From the NCBI GenBank assembly GCA_028826165.1, contig JAPDFW010000059.1, forward strand, positions 744,001 through 808,000: a stretch of DNA of 64,000 nucleotides, read 5' to 3'. Positions 12,977-26,921 of this stretch are shown here, in pieces (position 1 is the first letter of the stretch; every line of letters begins with the position of its first letter). Under the pieces are notes generated by a model that worked only from the letters and a program-made list of their open reading frames with translations, made no database searches and was not told the DNA's origin. The stretch is from Anaeramoeba ignava BMAN (taxonomy: Eukaryota > Protista > Anaeramoebae). The position numbers and the translations under genes are program-made.

Positions 12977-15238
12977 TTATTTTTCTTCATTTGATTCTTT
13001 AATTTCTTTCAATTGAAAATTTAATGATGAATTTTCATTTAATTGATAAAATTCTTGAGCATCTTCTAAATTTTGGATAATATCCAAAGAAATATTTTCA
13101 TCTATATGATCTAAATAAAAAAATTTAAATAAATGATATAAACTTTCTGAAGATCGATTGCAATAATCTTTGACTTGATTTGAATCATCTTTGACAGTTA
13201 AAAATAACGCTCTAAAAAGTTCACTTCTTGCAATTAAAATGATTTTATGAACCAAAATTTTTGTTTTTTCATCTTCTGAAATGATTGCAAAGTCTTTTGT
13301 TTCCTCTTGTTGAAATAAACGGTTTAAATCGATTAAAAGTCCTTTTCTTCCCTTTTTGGAAATCCAATTTGGAAATGCAATTTTTTGACAAATACTTTCA
13401 ATTAATTCCAAATGCAATTTTTGAGAATGATCAATAAAACCTGAATAAATGAACTTGAAGAAAATAAGGGCTTTCTCAAGTGAAATGTGTTCCATTTCCT
13501 GTTTGAGTTTGTTGAGCCGAAATGTGATTTTTTCGATTGGCTCGTTTTCTTCTGATAATCTTAAAGAAAGAATTTGATAGTGAAGCGGAATAACTTGATT
13601 ATTTCCACAAAAAATATCGAAATCAGTGAATTCTTTTCTTTCCAATAATTGGTTCATATCTTCGTAAATATGATAATATGTTTTGAACAAGGATTCCAGT
13701 TTTGGATCAATTCTTTGACTCAAAAAACTAAAGTGATTCCTTGATGAAATCAATTCCTCGATCATTCTTATATCAATATCATAAGCAAGAAGTGTCTTGA
13801 TTTTTTTGGTTTCAATTCTACTTTGTTTTTCTTGGTGCAAAAATAGTATTTTTAAAGGAAAATTTTTTTCTTTATTCTTTGTGTTCACATCCGATCCTGA
13901 TTGCAATAGAAATTCAAGAACTTCAATTGGTTGTGAATAGCATGCAATTAATAATGGTGTTGAACCTGAAGAATCCTTCTGGTTTATCTGAGCACCGGTT
14001 TCTATTAGTAGCTTCAGAACGGAAATATTGTTGTGGATATTCCGACAAACTAAATGTAGTGAATTCTGATTATTAATGTTTGATAAATTTGTTTGGGCTT
14101 TTTTTCCAATAAGGAATTCAACTACTTCATTGCTCATATTATCATTTTGGAAAAGCAAATAAAGTGGGGTGTTTTTGTTGATATCCATCTTATTGACATC
14201 AATTCCAAGATCAATAAAAAACTGAATAATTTTTTGTTCCACTTTTTTTTTTTGCATGATCAAATGAAGACAATTTTGATTTTTCTTGGTTTGAGCATTT
14301 ATATCAGCTCCTGATGAAACAAGCAAATTAAGAGTTTCCATGTTTGTTTCTTCGGCAGAAACAAGTGAGTGAAGATGAGAATATCCAATTCCATTTTGGA
14401 GATTTATAAACTCAACAAGTTTATTTTTTGGAACAAAATCCAAAATCAATTTTACAATTTCAACTGAAATATCATTCTTATTTGAAAATGCGAAATGAAG
14501 AGGTGAATTTGAAGAGAGATTTATTGTTGATGGATCTGCTCCATTTTCCAGTAATATTTTGAGTATTTTAAAGCTATAATTGTGTCTTTCCATGAAAAAA
14601 TGCAAACAATTTTCACCTCGAAAATTAATTTGATTAATATTTGAATTTTTTTGGATTAAATATCCAATCATTTCCTCTGAAAAACTGTCATTTCTGCAAG
14701 CATAAAGAAAAGGTGAATTTCCTGATGAATTTAAACAATTTATTCCGTTGAGATTTTCTATATAAATTTGAAGTGTTTCTAATGAAGAAACACTTGAATT
14801 TTGTGTTAATAAATGAAGTGGTTGATTTCCAAATTTATCTTTTAAATTTTGAATATTTTTTGATTCTGAAATTAAATTTAATAACATTTCTTTTTGAATA
14901 TTTTTGTTTTGACATAAATAATGAAGAGGTGTTGATTTAGAAGAGTCATATTCATCAAATTTCAATCCAAGTTCCTGAAATAATGAAAATAATTCAATTG
15001 AAAAATTTGGATTTTTAAAAGATAAAAGAAATGGAGTTTGTTCAAATTTATTTTTAATCATTAACATTTTTTGCCATAAAAGTTTTTGTTTGTAAATTAT
15101 TTCCTTTGTTATTTTCTTAATTGATTCTTCTGAACAAATGAAGTGTAATATTATATTCTCATTATGATCTCTTTTTGGGAAAATTTCTTTTGTAAAAAAA
15201 TCTTCAACTTCTTTTTGAGTAAAATTTACTTTTTTCAT
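12977..15238 (-). CDS. Ankyrin-repeat + tandem BTB domain protein (intronless)
   Basis: Many TPLH/NCLH/GADIN ankyrin repeats, then EFTDFDIFC and KDFAIISE...VHKIILIARSELFRALF BTB motifs. Confidence 0.9.
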   Translation of the reverse strand: MKKVNFTQKEVEDFFTKEIFPKRDHNENIILHFICSEESIKKITKEIIYKQKLLWQKMLMIKNKFEQTPFLLSFKNPNFSIELFSLFQELGLKFDEYDSSKSTPLHYLCQNKNIQKEMLLNLISESKNIQNLKDKFGNQPLHLLTQNSSVSSLETLQIYIENLNGINCLNSSGNSPFLYACRNDSFSEEMIGYLIQKNSNINQINFRGENCLHFFMERHNYSFKILKILLENGADPSTINLSSNSPLHFAFSNKNDISVEIVKLILDFVPKNKLVEFINLQNGIGYSHLHSLVSAEETNMETLNLLVSSGADINAQTKKNQNCLHLIMQKKKVEQKIIQFFIDLGIDVNKMDINKNTPLYLLFQNDNMSNEVVEFLIGKKAQTNLSNINNQNSLHLVCRNIHNNISVLKLLIETGAQINQKDSSGSTPLLIACYSQPIEVLEFLLQSGSDVNTKNKEKNFPLKILFLHQEKQSRIETKKIKTLLAYDIDIRMIEELISSRNHFSFLSQRIDPKLESLFKTYYHIYEDMNQLLERKEFTDFDIFCGNNQVIPLHYQILSLRLSEENEPIEKITFRLNKLKQEMEHISLEKALIFFKFIYSGFIDHSQKLHLELIESICQKIAFPNWISKKGRKGLLIDLNRLFQQEETKDFAIISEDEKTKILVHKIILIARSELFRALFLTVKDDSNQVKDYCNRSSESLYHLFKFFYLDHIDENISLDIIQNLEDAQEFYQLNENSSLNFQLKEIKESNEEK

Positions 15239-15316
15239 AAATTATTATTAAAAAAGAAAAAAAATGATTTTGGAAATTAAATTTTATTTTGTTAATTAAA
15301 TGAAAATTTTTGAATT

Positions 15317-18300
15317 TTAATTTTCTTTTGTTTCTTTTTCTTGACTTGTTTCTGATTTTGATTTTGATTTTTTATCTAAATGAAAAATAAAATCATTATC
15401 ATTTTCTAAATAAGAATTTTTCAATTCAGGAAATGCTTCAATTTCAAGATGTTTTGGTAAAGATTTCAAAGTAATTTTTTTTGAATTTGAATCTGAATCT
15501 AAAACTTTAGAAGAGTTTTGTTTTTTAATTTCCATATCAAAATCAATATCAATATCAGTAATTTCAGAAGGGAATTTATTTTTTAAAAGTTGAGCGCATT
15601 CCCAAAATTTATTTTTTACAGATAATTGGAAAGCATTTTCAAAATTTGGATCATTTTTAATATTTTCATTTGGATATAATTTTGCACCCCAATTTATAAA
15701 TCTTAATAAAATATCTGGTCTGTTATTTAAGCATGCATAATGTATTGATGCTAAATTTTTTGAATTGATAATATTCACATCAGAATTGCTATAAAGGATT
15801 AATTCAATTAATTCTATATTTGAATTTTCAGTGGCAATTTGAAGACAAGAATTATTGAATTCTTCTGGGTTTTGCCATTTCACATTAGCTCCTTTTGAAA
15901 TGGATTGATAAACTTTATCAAAATTTTGTTTTTTTGTATAATCATAACATTCTTGATTTAATTGATTTTGATTTTGATTTTCATTTTGATTTTGAATTTG
16001 ATTTTGATTTTGATTTTGATTTTGATTTTGATTTTGATTTTGATTTTGATTTTGATTTTCATTTTCATTTTGATTTTGATTTTGATTTTGATTTTGATTT
16101 TCATTTTCATTTTGATTTTCATTTTGATTTTGATTTTGATTTTGATTTTGATTTTCATTTTCATTTTCATTTTCATTTTCATTTTTATCAATATATAATT
16201 TATATTTGTATTTATTATAAATAAATTCCTTTTTGATTGCAAATTCATCTTCAGGATTTGGTTTTTTTTCATTTTCAAGATTTCTTTCATAAAATGCATT
16301 AACTTTTTCATTTCCCAATTTTTTAAGCATTGAAATTGTATGAGTTTCAAGTTGATCCAATTTTAACGAACGAACTTTGCTTAAATAAACACCAAGATTT
16401 CTATGAGCGCCACTACAATCAATACAAATCAATGTTCCCAAATTAACTGAAATCCAATCAGGATTTGGATTATTACAATCTGCACAAAATTTATTTCCTG
16501 GAATTTTATATAAAGTTTCTAATGCTTCACTTGGTTTCACTGCATTATCCTTGATTTTCTTTACTGTTTGTTGGTTTAGTAAATTTGAAATATTGTTCCG
16601 AAGTACTTGAATCCAATCTTCAAGTTCTTCTTCTGTTTCTGCTTGAAATATGTATTTATTTTTTGGATAAACAATTTCAAAACAATTTCTAAATTTTTTT
16701 AATTTTAATTTTAATTTTAATTTTAAATTTTAATTTTTTTAATTTTAATTTTAATTTTAATTTTAATTTTAATTTTTAATTTTAATTTTTAATTTTAATT
16801 TTAATTTTAATTTTAAAATTTAAATTTTTAATTTTAATTTTAATTTTGATTTTAATTTTTAATTTTAATTTTTAATTTTAATTTTGATTTTAATTTTAAT
16901 TTTAATTTTAAAATTTAATTTTAATTTTAATTTTGATTTTAATTTTAATTTTAATTTTAATTTTAATTTTAATTTTAATTTTAATTTTAATTTTAATTTT
17001 AATTTTTATTTTTAATTTTTAATTTTGATTTTAAATTTTAATCTTTATACTTTGTTTCTGGTTTTTGTGGAGTTCTTATTGAACAAATTAAAAGATCTAA
17101 TTCTCCTGCTTGTGACATATCCTATTTTAATAATTAATATAAATATAATTTTTTTCAATTTGGAAAATATAAATGAAAAAATTTGTAAATTTTGTTGATA
17201 TTATTTTTTTGAATTAATACTGGTCGATAATAATAAAGTCTTCTATCTTTTGCAACAAAAAATCTTCTTTCCCAAATTCTTTGTTTAGGTTTTTTAAGAA
17301 ATAAATAACCTCTTTTATGAAGAGTATCTTCTTGTAATTTTTCTCTTTGAGTATAAATTATCTAAATCAAATTTTATTTTGAATTGGATTTTGATTTTGA
17401 TTTTGATTTTAATTTTGATTTTGATTTTGATTTTGAATTTTGAATTTTGATTTTGATTTTGATTTTGGTTTTGATTTTGATTTTGATTTTGATTTTGATT
17501 TTGATTTTGATTTTGATTTTGATTTTGATTTTAATTTTAATTTTTTTTGATTTTGATTTTGATTTTGATTTTGATTTTGATTTTGATTTTAATTTTGATT
17601 TTGATTTTGATTTTGATTTTAATTTTTTGATTTTAATTTTAATTTTAATTTTGATTTTGATTTTGATTTTGATTTTGATTTTGATTTTGATTTTGATTTT
17701 GATTTTGATTTTGATTTTAATTTTGATTTTAATTTTAATTTTAATTTTAATTTTGATTTTGATTTTGATTTTGATTTTGATTTTAATTTAGATTTTGATT
17801 TTGATTTTGATTTTGATTTTGATTTTAATTTTGATTTTGATTTTGATTTTGATTTTGATTTTTGATTTAATTTTGATTTTGATTTTGATTTTAATTTTGA
17901 TTTTGAATTTTAATTTAGATTTTGGTTTTGATTTTGATTTTGATTTTGATTTTGATTTTTATTTTGATTTTAATTTTGATTTTGATTTTAATTTTGATTT
18001 TGATTTTGATTTTAATTTTAATTTTGATTTTGATTTTGATTTTGATTTTGATTTTCATTTTCATTTTGATTTTAATTTTGATTTTGAATTTTGATTTTGA
18101 TTTTGATTTTAATTTTGATTTTGAATTTTAATTTTAATTTTGATACTTTTCTTAATTCTTCTTTTTTTTGTTCATTTAAAGAAGATACTGTTTCAATTCC
18201 TTGTTCAGATTTTTCGAATTCTTCTTTCATTTTTTGTAAAGAAGGTTTAAGTTGAGAAAAAGCTTTAAATCCATCTTCAAAAAATTCAAATTGAACTTGA

Positions 18301-19728
18301 ACAAATGTATAAACTTGTTTTAATAATTGAATTCTTTGTTTTTGTAAAGCTTCTTTTAAAGTTAAAATATGTTCAAGACTTGCTAAATAATATCTTTAAA
18401 AGAAATAATTAAAATGTTAAATTTATTATTTTGAAAAAAAAGAATAATTTTTTTAATATTTCTTTTACTTTTCTTTTAATTCTAAAACTTTTGGATATTC
18501 TAATTTTTGATTTTGAAAAGAAAGTCCAGAATATTTAGTTAGAAAAGAATCTCGTGTTAATTGTGCTTTATCTAATTTTTTTCTTGCATCTGTGATATTC
18601 ATCATTTCGTTGTTTAAAAAATCATCCATTAATTTAATAAATTCATATTCTAATTTTAAATTCTAAAAGGAATTTTCAATTTTCAATTTTCAATTTTGAT
18701 TTTGATTTTGATTTTGATTTTGATTTTAATTTTAATTTTGATTTTAATTTTCATTTTGATTTTGATTTTGATTTTGATTTTGATTTTGAATTTCATTTTA
18801 ATTTTAATTTTGATTTTGATTTTGATTTTGATTTTAATTTTGATTTTAATTTTAATTTTGATTTAAATTTTAATTTAGATTTTGATTTTGATTTTGATTT
18901 TGATTTAAATTTTCATTTTTTAATTTTGATTTTGATTTTGATTTTGATTTTTAATTTTAATTTTTTTAATTTTTTGATTTAAATTTTAATTTAGATTTTG
19001 ATTTTGATTTTGATTTTGATTTTAATTTTGATTTAAATTTTAATTTTTAATTTTGATTTTGATTTTGATTTTGATTTTGATTTTTATTTTAATTTAGATT
19101 TTTGATTTTGATTTTGATTTTAATTTTGATTTTGATTTTGATTTTGATTTTGATTTTGATTTTTAATTTAATTTTGATTTTGATTTTGATTTTGATTTTG
19201 ATTTTAATTATTAAAAAATACTGAAATGGTGTGACAATCTTGAACTTTTTTAAAAACTTGTTCGAATTGATCTAAAGAATTAACTATTTATTATTTATAC
19301 AAATTTTAAAAAAAGATGATTTGTTTATTTATTATTTTTTAATTTAAGATCGAATAAAAATGAATATTTTACGAGTTTCTTGAGTTGATTTAATATTTGG
19401 TTTTTTTAATTCAGAAACTTTAATGAAATCAAATTCTTTAACAATTTGAGCTTCAGAATCAATTTTATCTGTTATTATTTTTGTTTTAAAAAGCCAAAAG
19501 AAGAATAAGAAAAAAAAAATTTTTTTTAATTTTAAAATTTTAAATTGAATTTTAAATTGAATTTTAAATTGAATTTTATTTACCTTTCCAAGATTTTGTA
19601 AATTGTTGAGAAAATTGAATCATTTTTCGAAGATAACTTCTTAATTCTTTGCTCTCACTTTCCAAATGTTTTAATTTAAAATGTAATTCAGGTGAATCTT
19701 CAACAATCTCTTCTAAAGAAATATCCAT
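15317..19728 (-). CDS. ACAP/centaurin-beta-like BAR-PH-ArfGAP-ankyrin protein (8 exons)
   Basis: Exons 19728-19584, 19468-19373, 19283-19222, 18662-18469, 18393-18147, 17361-17221, 17121-17051, 16688-15317, all GT-AG and in frame. MDISLEEIVEDSPE (BAR), KRGYLFLKK..WERRFF (PH), CADC..PDWISVNLGTLICIDCSGAHRNLG (ArfGAP zinc finger), then ankyrin repeats. Confidence 0.9.
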
Positions 19729-19799
19729 TTCTTTTTTAAAAAAAAATGATTTTGTTTTTTTTTAAAAATTTTTTTTTCATTTTCATTTCCTTCAAAAAA

Positions 19800-21360
19800 A
19801 ATTAATTTAAATTGATTTAAATATATTTGATTTAAATATTTGATTTAAATATATTAATTTAAATAAATTGATTTAAATATATTGATTTAAATATATTGAT
19901 TTAAATATTTTTGATTTAAATATATTTGATTTAAATATATTTGATTTAAATAAATTTGATTTAAATATTTGATTTAAATAAATTGATTTAAATATATTTG
20001 ATTTAAATATATTTGATTTAAATATATTTGATTTAAATATATTTGATTTAAATATAATTTGATTTAAATATATTGATTTAATTATATTTGATTTAAATTA
20101 TATTTAATTTAAATATTTGATTAAAATATATTTGATTTAAATATATTTAAATAATTTGATTTAAATATTTGATTTAAAAATTGATTTAAATATATTTGAT
20201 TTAAATATATTTGATTTAATTATATTTTGATTTAAATATATTGATTTAAATATATTGATTTAAATATATTTGATTTAAATATATTGATTTAAAAATATAT
20301 TTGATTTAAATATATTTGATTTAAAAAATATATTTAAATATGATTTGAATTTAAATAATATATTTAAATTGATTGATTTAAATAAATTGATTTAAATATA
20401 TTGATTTAAATATATTTGATTTAAATATATTTGATTTAAAAATATATTTGATTTAAATTTATTGATTTAAATAAATTTGATTTAAATATATTTGATTTAA
20501 ATATTATATTTGATTTAAATATATTTGATTTTAAATATATTTGATTTAAATAAATTTTGATTTAAAAAAAAATTGATTTAAATATATTGATTTAATTATG
20601 ATTTAAATAGATTGATTTAAATAAATTGATTTAAATATATTGATTTAAAATATTGATTTAGATATTTGATGATTTAAATATATTTGATTTAAATATATTG
20701 ATTTAAATATATTTGATTTAAAATATATTGATTTAAATTTTTGATTTAAATATATTGATTTAAAATATATTGATTTAAATTTTTGATTTAAATAAATTGA
20801 TTTAAATATTTGATTTAAATATATTTGATTTAAATAAATTGATTTAAATATATTGATTTAAATATTTTTGATTTAAAATATATTTGATTTAAATATATTT
20901 GATTTAAATATATTGATTTAAATATATTTGATTTAAATAAATTGATTTAAATATATTTGATTTAAATATTTGATTTAAATAAATTGATTTAAATAAATTG
21001 ATTTAAATAAATTGATTTAAATAAATTGATTTAAATAAATTGATTTAAATATATTTGATTTAAATATTTGATTTAAATATTTTTGATTTAAATAAATTGA
21101 TTTAAATTGATTTAAAATAAATTGATTTAAATAAAATTGATTTAAAATAAATTGATTTAAATTGATTTAAATATATTTGATTTAAATTGATTTAAATAAA
21201 TTGATTTAAATATATTTAAATTGATTTAAATTGATTTAAATAAATTGATTTAATTTGATTTAAATATATTTTGATTTAAATAAATTGATTTAAATTTATT
21301 AATTTAAATAAATTGATTTAAATATATTTGATTTAAATATATTTGATTTAAATATTTTTT
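19800..21360. repeat. (TTGATTTAAATATAT)n-type satellite
   Basis: Tandem 13-16 bp units with the palindromic core ATTTAAAT; the same family occurs at 29460-30525 and 47820-48600. Confidence 0.95.
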
Positions 21361-21364
21361 TTGA

Positions 21365-21770
21365 ATTACTTTAATTAAGAAATTTAATTGTTTTTAATTA
21401 AAATTGATTAATTTTTGGATTAAAATTGATTAATTTTTTTTTAGATTAAAATTGATTTAAATATATTGATTTAAATATTATTGATTTAAATATATAATTC
21501 AATTAAATATTTATTTAAATTTTGTTCTGGATTACTTTAATTAAGAGAATTTAATTGTTTTAATTAAAATTGATTAATTTTTTTTTTGGATTAAAATTGA
21601 TTAATTTTTTTTTAGATTAAAATTGATTTAGATATATTGATTTAAATATATAATTCAATTAAATATTTATTTAAATTTTGTTCTGGATTACTTTAATTAA
21701 GAGAATTTAATTGTTTTAATTAAAATTGATTAATTTTTTTTTTGGATTAAAATTGATTAATTAAAAATTA
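21365..21770. repeat. ~160-bp tandem repeat, about 2.5 copies
   Basis: Unit starts ATTACTTTAATTAAGA at 21365, 21531 and 21687. Confidence 0.8.
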
Positions 21771-22769
21771 AATTTTAAAGAGGGATTTATTGTAAACAAG
21801 AATTAAATAGAAAAAAAAGAATTGTTTATTTATTTATTTAGTCATAATAACTATATTTTTTTTTATTAAAAAAAAAAAAGGGATTTATAAAAGGGGTAAA
21901 AAAAAAATTAATTAAAAAAATTAAAAGGATCAAAAAAAAAAATAAATAAAAATAAAAAAGGGGTTTTTTTGAGAATAAAGATTAAATAAATGAAAATTGT
22001 TGTTTTGAATATTTGATCTTTTCGAATTTAATTTAAAAATTAAAATTTAAAATTAAAATTAAAATTAAAATTAAATTTAATAAAGATTTATTTTGAAACA
22101 ATTATTTTTTATTTAAAATTAATTAAAACTGATCTAAATGAATTTAATTAAAGAATTTAATTGATAATTAAAATTGGAATTAACTTATTTTAAAGATAAA
22201 TTAATTAAATTTAAATAAATCTTAGTTAATTTAATTAAATTTTGGGATCTTGAGGGATAAAAAAAAAAATTAATAAAAAAAAGCAAAAAAAAAAAAGCAA
22301 AAAAAAAAATATATAAAATAAAAGATAAAATAAGAAGTAAAGTGTAAATAAACAAGTTTAAAAAGAAAAGCAAATAGTTATTTTCTTTTATTTTCTTTTA
22401 TTTTCTTTTAATTTAAAAAAAAAAACTCAAAAAAATATAATTGCAGATCTTTAAGGTCAAAATTAACAAAAATGAAAAAAATATAATAATATTTATTAAT
22501 TAGAAAGTATTTCGCTTTTATTTTAAACAATTAGGGGGTTCGATCGAATAAGAAAAAAGAAAAAAAAAAAAAAATTTAATTAAAAAAAATAAACAAAAAA
22601 AAAATTAATTAAAAAAGAAAAAAAAATTTCAGATCAGAATTTAACTTCATTTTTCTTTTCAACTTTTTTATCTTTTATCTTTTTTTTTTATCTATTTTTA
22701 ATTTGCTTTTTATTTTTTAAATCTTCATTATATTTTTTTTTCCAATAAAATTTAATAAAATTTAATAAA

Positions 22770-24347
22770 ATGATCCAAGTAATAGATAATTACACAAATT
22801 TAATAAAAAAAGTATCAGAATTCATGCTGATCACAAAATCGACAAATCTGGATGAATCACTTGCATATCTTCAACAAGCTAATTGGAGTTTAAATGTAAA
22901 AATTCAAAAAAATAAATTAAATTGAATCTTAAATGAATTTTTATTTTTAAATTCTATTTTAAATTCTATTTTTAAATTCTATTTTAAATTCTATTTTATT
23001 CTTTTTAATTGAATTTAAATTAAACCCTAAAATAACCCCCAAATTAAAAAAATTAAAAAAAATAAAAAAAAAATTTTTTTTTAAACTGTTTAACAAAAAA
23101 TAAATAAAGGAAAATTTATTAAAATTATTAAAATTATTTAAAATTATTTTATTTAAATTTAAATTTAAATTTTTCAATAGGATGCTGTTTGTGTAAAAGC
23201 ACTTTGTTCTTTAAGATCAAAAACAACAGGAATAGAAATAAATTTTTCCAATAAAAATTTAAATTTCAACAAAGAAGAACAAACAAAAGAAGCAGAACAA
23301 GAAACACAAATAAAATTTATGGAAGAACAAATTAAAAAAAATCAAACCCCCTTAAAAGGGGAAGATCAAAGAAATTATAATTTAAATCAAAATTATAATT
23401 TAAATCAATATTACAATCCAAATCAATATTATAATTTAAATCAATATTATAATCCAAATCAATATTACAATCCAAATCAATATTATAATCCAAATCAATA
23501 TTACAATTTAAATCAAGAATATCAAGAAAATCAAGGAAATCAAGGAAATCAAGAATATAAAGAATATCAAGAATATCAAAATCAATTAAATCAAATAAAT
23601 CAATTAAATCAAATCCAAAATGAAATTCAAAATCAGAATCAAAATGGAAATCAAAATCAAAATCAAAATCAAAATCAAAATCAAAATCAAAATCAAAATC
23701 AAAATCAAAATCAAAATCAAATCCAAAATCAAAATCAAAATCAAAAAATTACAAAATCACCCACTTTAACTCGCAAAAGAAAAGAAGGACCAAACGATGA
23801 TGCTAATTCCACTGTGAATAGAAAAGATCGACAAGACGGATCCAAACCCATTTCTCAAAACTCCACAAAAACCCAAGTACCAAAACCCAAAGTAAAGCGT
23901 CCAAGAGCAACAAGAAAACCAGCAAAAAGTTTAAAACAAATTTTAAACGGAAGAAAATTAGATCAAGAAACGTTACAAGAATTTCTAACACAAAAACCAG
24001 CACCAAGATGGAAAGACAGACTTAATGCGTTCCAAAAATTCAATCAAAACTTAATTTCGGGTTTTTATCTTCTTCGACATAAATACAGAAGATCTCACCA
24101 GAAAAAAATCAAAAACAGACTCCGTTCTTTACAAGAATCCTCAGGAATTCCCCAATTAGATTCAACAGACCAAGAAGAATTATGGGTTGATAAAAAAATA
24201 TTTGATTTTTTTCCAAAAGCAAATATCGAAAAAAAACTCAAAAGAAATCTTCAAAGAGGTTTGGTTAAATATTTGATAAGTGAAGGTTTTGATTATCGAA
24301 GTGGTGTTCAAAATGGTTTCTTGGTTTTCTCAAAAAAAATCGAATAA
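22770..24347 (+). CDS. Protein with N-terminal UBA-like domain, Q/N/Y-rich repeats and a basic C-terminal domain (2 exons)
   Basis: Exons 22770-22895 and 23181-24347. VSEFMLITKSTNLDESLAYLQQANWSLN|DAV is UBA-like; NQYYNP repeats; NLS-like TRKRK and KVKRPR. Confidence 0.7.
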
Positions 24348-24544
24348 TAAGATCAAATAAGAAAGAAAATATTTTTTGTTTTGTGTTTTCTTTTTGTTTT
24401 AACAAAAAAACTAAAATATTTGGTTTAGTTTTTTTTTTTTTTATTTTTTCATAAACGATTCTCTTATTATTTTTAAATTTAAAATTATTTTTGTTTTTGG
24501 TTCTTTTTTAATTTGTTTTTAAAAAAAAAAAAACAAAGTTCAAT

Positions 24545-26921
24545 TTAATTTTTATTTAGTTTCAACATGCTTAATACTAATTCTTTTAAAGGTTCAAGTT
24601 CTTTTTTATCAACCAATCTAATAAAAATAAAATAAAAATAAAATAAAAATAAATAAATTAGATTTCTTTTTTAAAATTTCAAAAAAAAAAAGTGGAACAC
24701 AAACCTAAATTCTTTAACAAAAAAAATAAAATGTTTAAATGAGGAATTTAAATGTGTTTCTTCATCTAAAGCTGTAATGTGATCAAAGTGAGTATGATAA
24801 ATATGAGCATAAACTCTGAATAATCTTTTGAAAATTGTTTTAACAGTACTATGGAATGATTTTGGGAATTGATCACCTATTTTTAAATTTTAATTTTTAA
24901 TTTTAATTTTAATTTTAATATTAATTTTAATTTTAATTTTAATTTTTAATTTTAATTTTAATTTTAATTTTTAATTTTAATTTTAATTTTAATTTTAATT
25001 TTAATTTTAATTTTAATTTTTAATTTTAATTTTAATTTTAATTTTAATTTTAATTTTAATTTTAATTTTAAATTTTAATTTTTAATTTTAATTTTAATTT
25101 TAATTTTAATTTTAATTTTAATTTTAATTTTAATTTTAATTTTAAATTTTAATTTTAATTTTTAATTTTAATTTTGATTTTAATTTTAATTTTTAATAAA
25201 TTTAAATTTAATTTTAATTTTAATTTTAATTTTTAATTTAACAGGAAAATTTAATTTTAATTTTTTGAATCCAATTTTAAATTTTAATTTTAATTTTAGG
25301 AATTTAACTGGTTTTTGTTTTTATTTTAAGCCCAAATATTAATTTTTTTTTAAGACATTACTGGATTAATTTTTAATTTAATTTTAATTTTAATATTAAT
25401 ATTAATTTTAATTAAAAATTCAACAGCTTTCATTTTAATTTTAAATTTTAATTTTAATTTTAATTTTAATTTTAATTTTAATTTTAAATTTTATTTTTAA
25501 TTTTAATTTTAATTTTAATTTTAATTTTAATTTTAATTTTATTTTAATTTTAATTTTAATTTTAATTTTAATTTTAATTTTAATTTTAATTTTAATTTTA
25601 ATTTTAATTTTAATTTTAATATTAAATTTTAATTTTAATTACCAGATTTAACAGGAAAGATTTTTGGATTATCGATAAGTGATTGAATCCAAACAAATAA
25701 GTTATTAACATATTCAGGAGCTGTTAATTTAACTGGTTTTTTTGTTTTTACTCCATCAGCCCAATGATATTCATATTTTGGTCCAGCAGACATTACTGGA
25801 CATGTTTCTTTTGTGCAAAATTCACTAATAGATCCATAAAGCATGTTAATTTGATTAAAAAATTCAACAGCTTTTCATTTTTAATTTTAATTTTATTTTT
25901 AATTTTAATTTTAATTTTTAATTTTAATTTTAATTTTAATTTTAATTTTAATTTTAATTTTGTAAACAAATTTTAATTTTAAATTTGAAAATTTTGGAAA
26001 ATTTTTAATTTTTAATTTTTAATTTTAAATTTAATTTTTAATTTTAATTTTAATTTTAATTTTAATTTTAATTTTAATTTTAATTTTAATTTTAATTTTA
26101 ATTTTAATTTTAATTTTATTTTTAATTTTAATTTTAATTTTAATTTTAATTTTAATTTCAATTTTAATTTAAATTTTAATTTTAATTTTAATTTTTATTT
26201 AAATTATATAAATGAATTTTAATTTTAATTTAATTATATAAATGAATTTTTAATTATAATTTTAATTTTAATAATTTTTAATTTGAATTTTAATATTAAT
26301 TTTAATTTTTATTATATAAATGAATTTTAATTTTATTATATAAAATGAATTTTAATTTTAATTTTAATTTTTAATTTTAAATTTAAATTTTAATTTTAAT
26401 TTTAATTTCATTTTTAATTTAATTTTTAATTTTAATTTTAATTTTATTTTTAATTTTAATTTTAATTTTAATTTTAATTTTTAATTTTAATTTTAATTTT
26501 AATTTTAATTTTAATTTTAATTTCAATTTTAATTTTTAATTTTAATTTTAATTTCAATTTTAATTTTAATATTAATTATATAAATGAATTTTAATTTTTA
26601 TAAATGAATTTTAATTTTATTATATAAATGAATTTTAATTTTAATTTTATTTTTAATTTTTATTTTTGATTTTAATTTTAATTTTAATTTTAATTTGAAT
26701 TTTAATTTTAATTTTAATTTTAATTTTAATTTTATTTTTAATTTTAAAGAAAATTTACTATTTATTGCCAACCATTCATTTATATCTTCTCCTTCTGGTA
26801 AAGCCATTAATGAACGAGAATCTTCAATTTCATTTAACTTTTCAGATGCAATTTTTGTTTTTATTGAATGGTGTACTTTTTTTTTAGCTTTAAACGTTTG
26901 ACTTGTTTTAAACAAATTCAT
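24545..26921 (-). CDS. MOB1: MOB kinase activator (Mob1 family), 4 exons
   Basis: Exons 26921-26759, 25870-25643, 24876-24705, 24617-24545. LPEGEDINEWLAIN|TVEFFNQINMLYG..CPVMSAGPKYEYHWAD..IFKRLFRVYAHIY..HLNSSFKHF. Confidence 0.95.

Noticed and set aside
17447-18131. ORF-track entries reading [24 protein letters not shown] or IEIEIE (also 31010-31870, 36054-36389, 37176-37580, 45428-45946, 63145-63480)
   Set aside because: Stop-free translations of intronic or intergenic hexamer microsatellites, not genes.
18141-18146. ACAP intron starting GTATCA as a possible GT-AG U12 intron
   Set aside because: Lacks the full GTATCCTT consensus and any CCTTAAC-like branch site.
22533-22550. GGGGGTTCGATCG, resembling a tRNA T-loop or B-box
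   Set aside because: No cloverleaf, A-box or acceptor stem around it.
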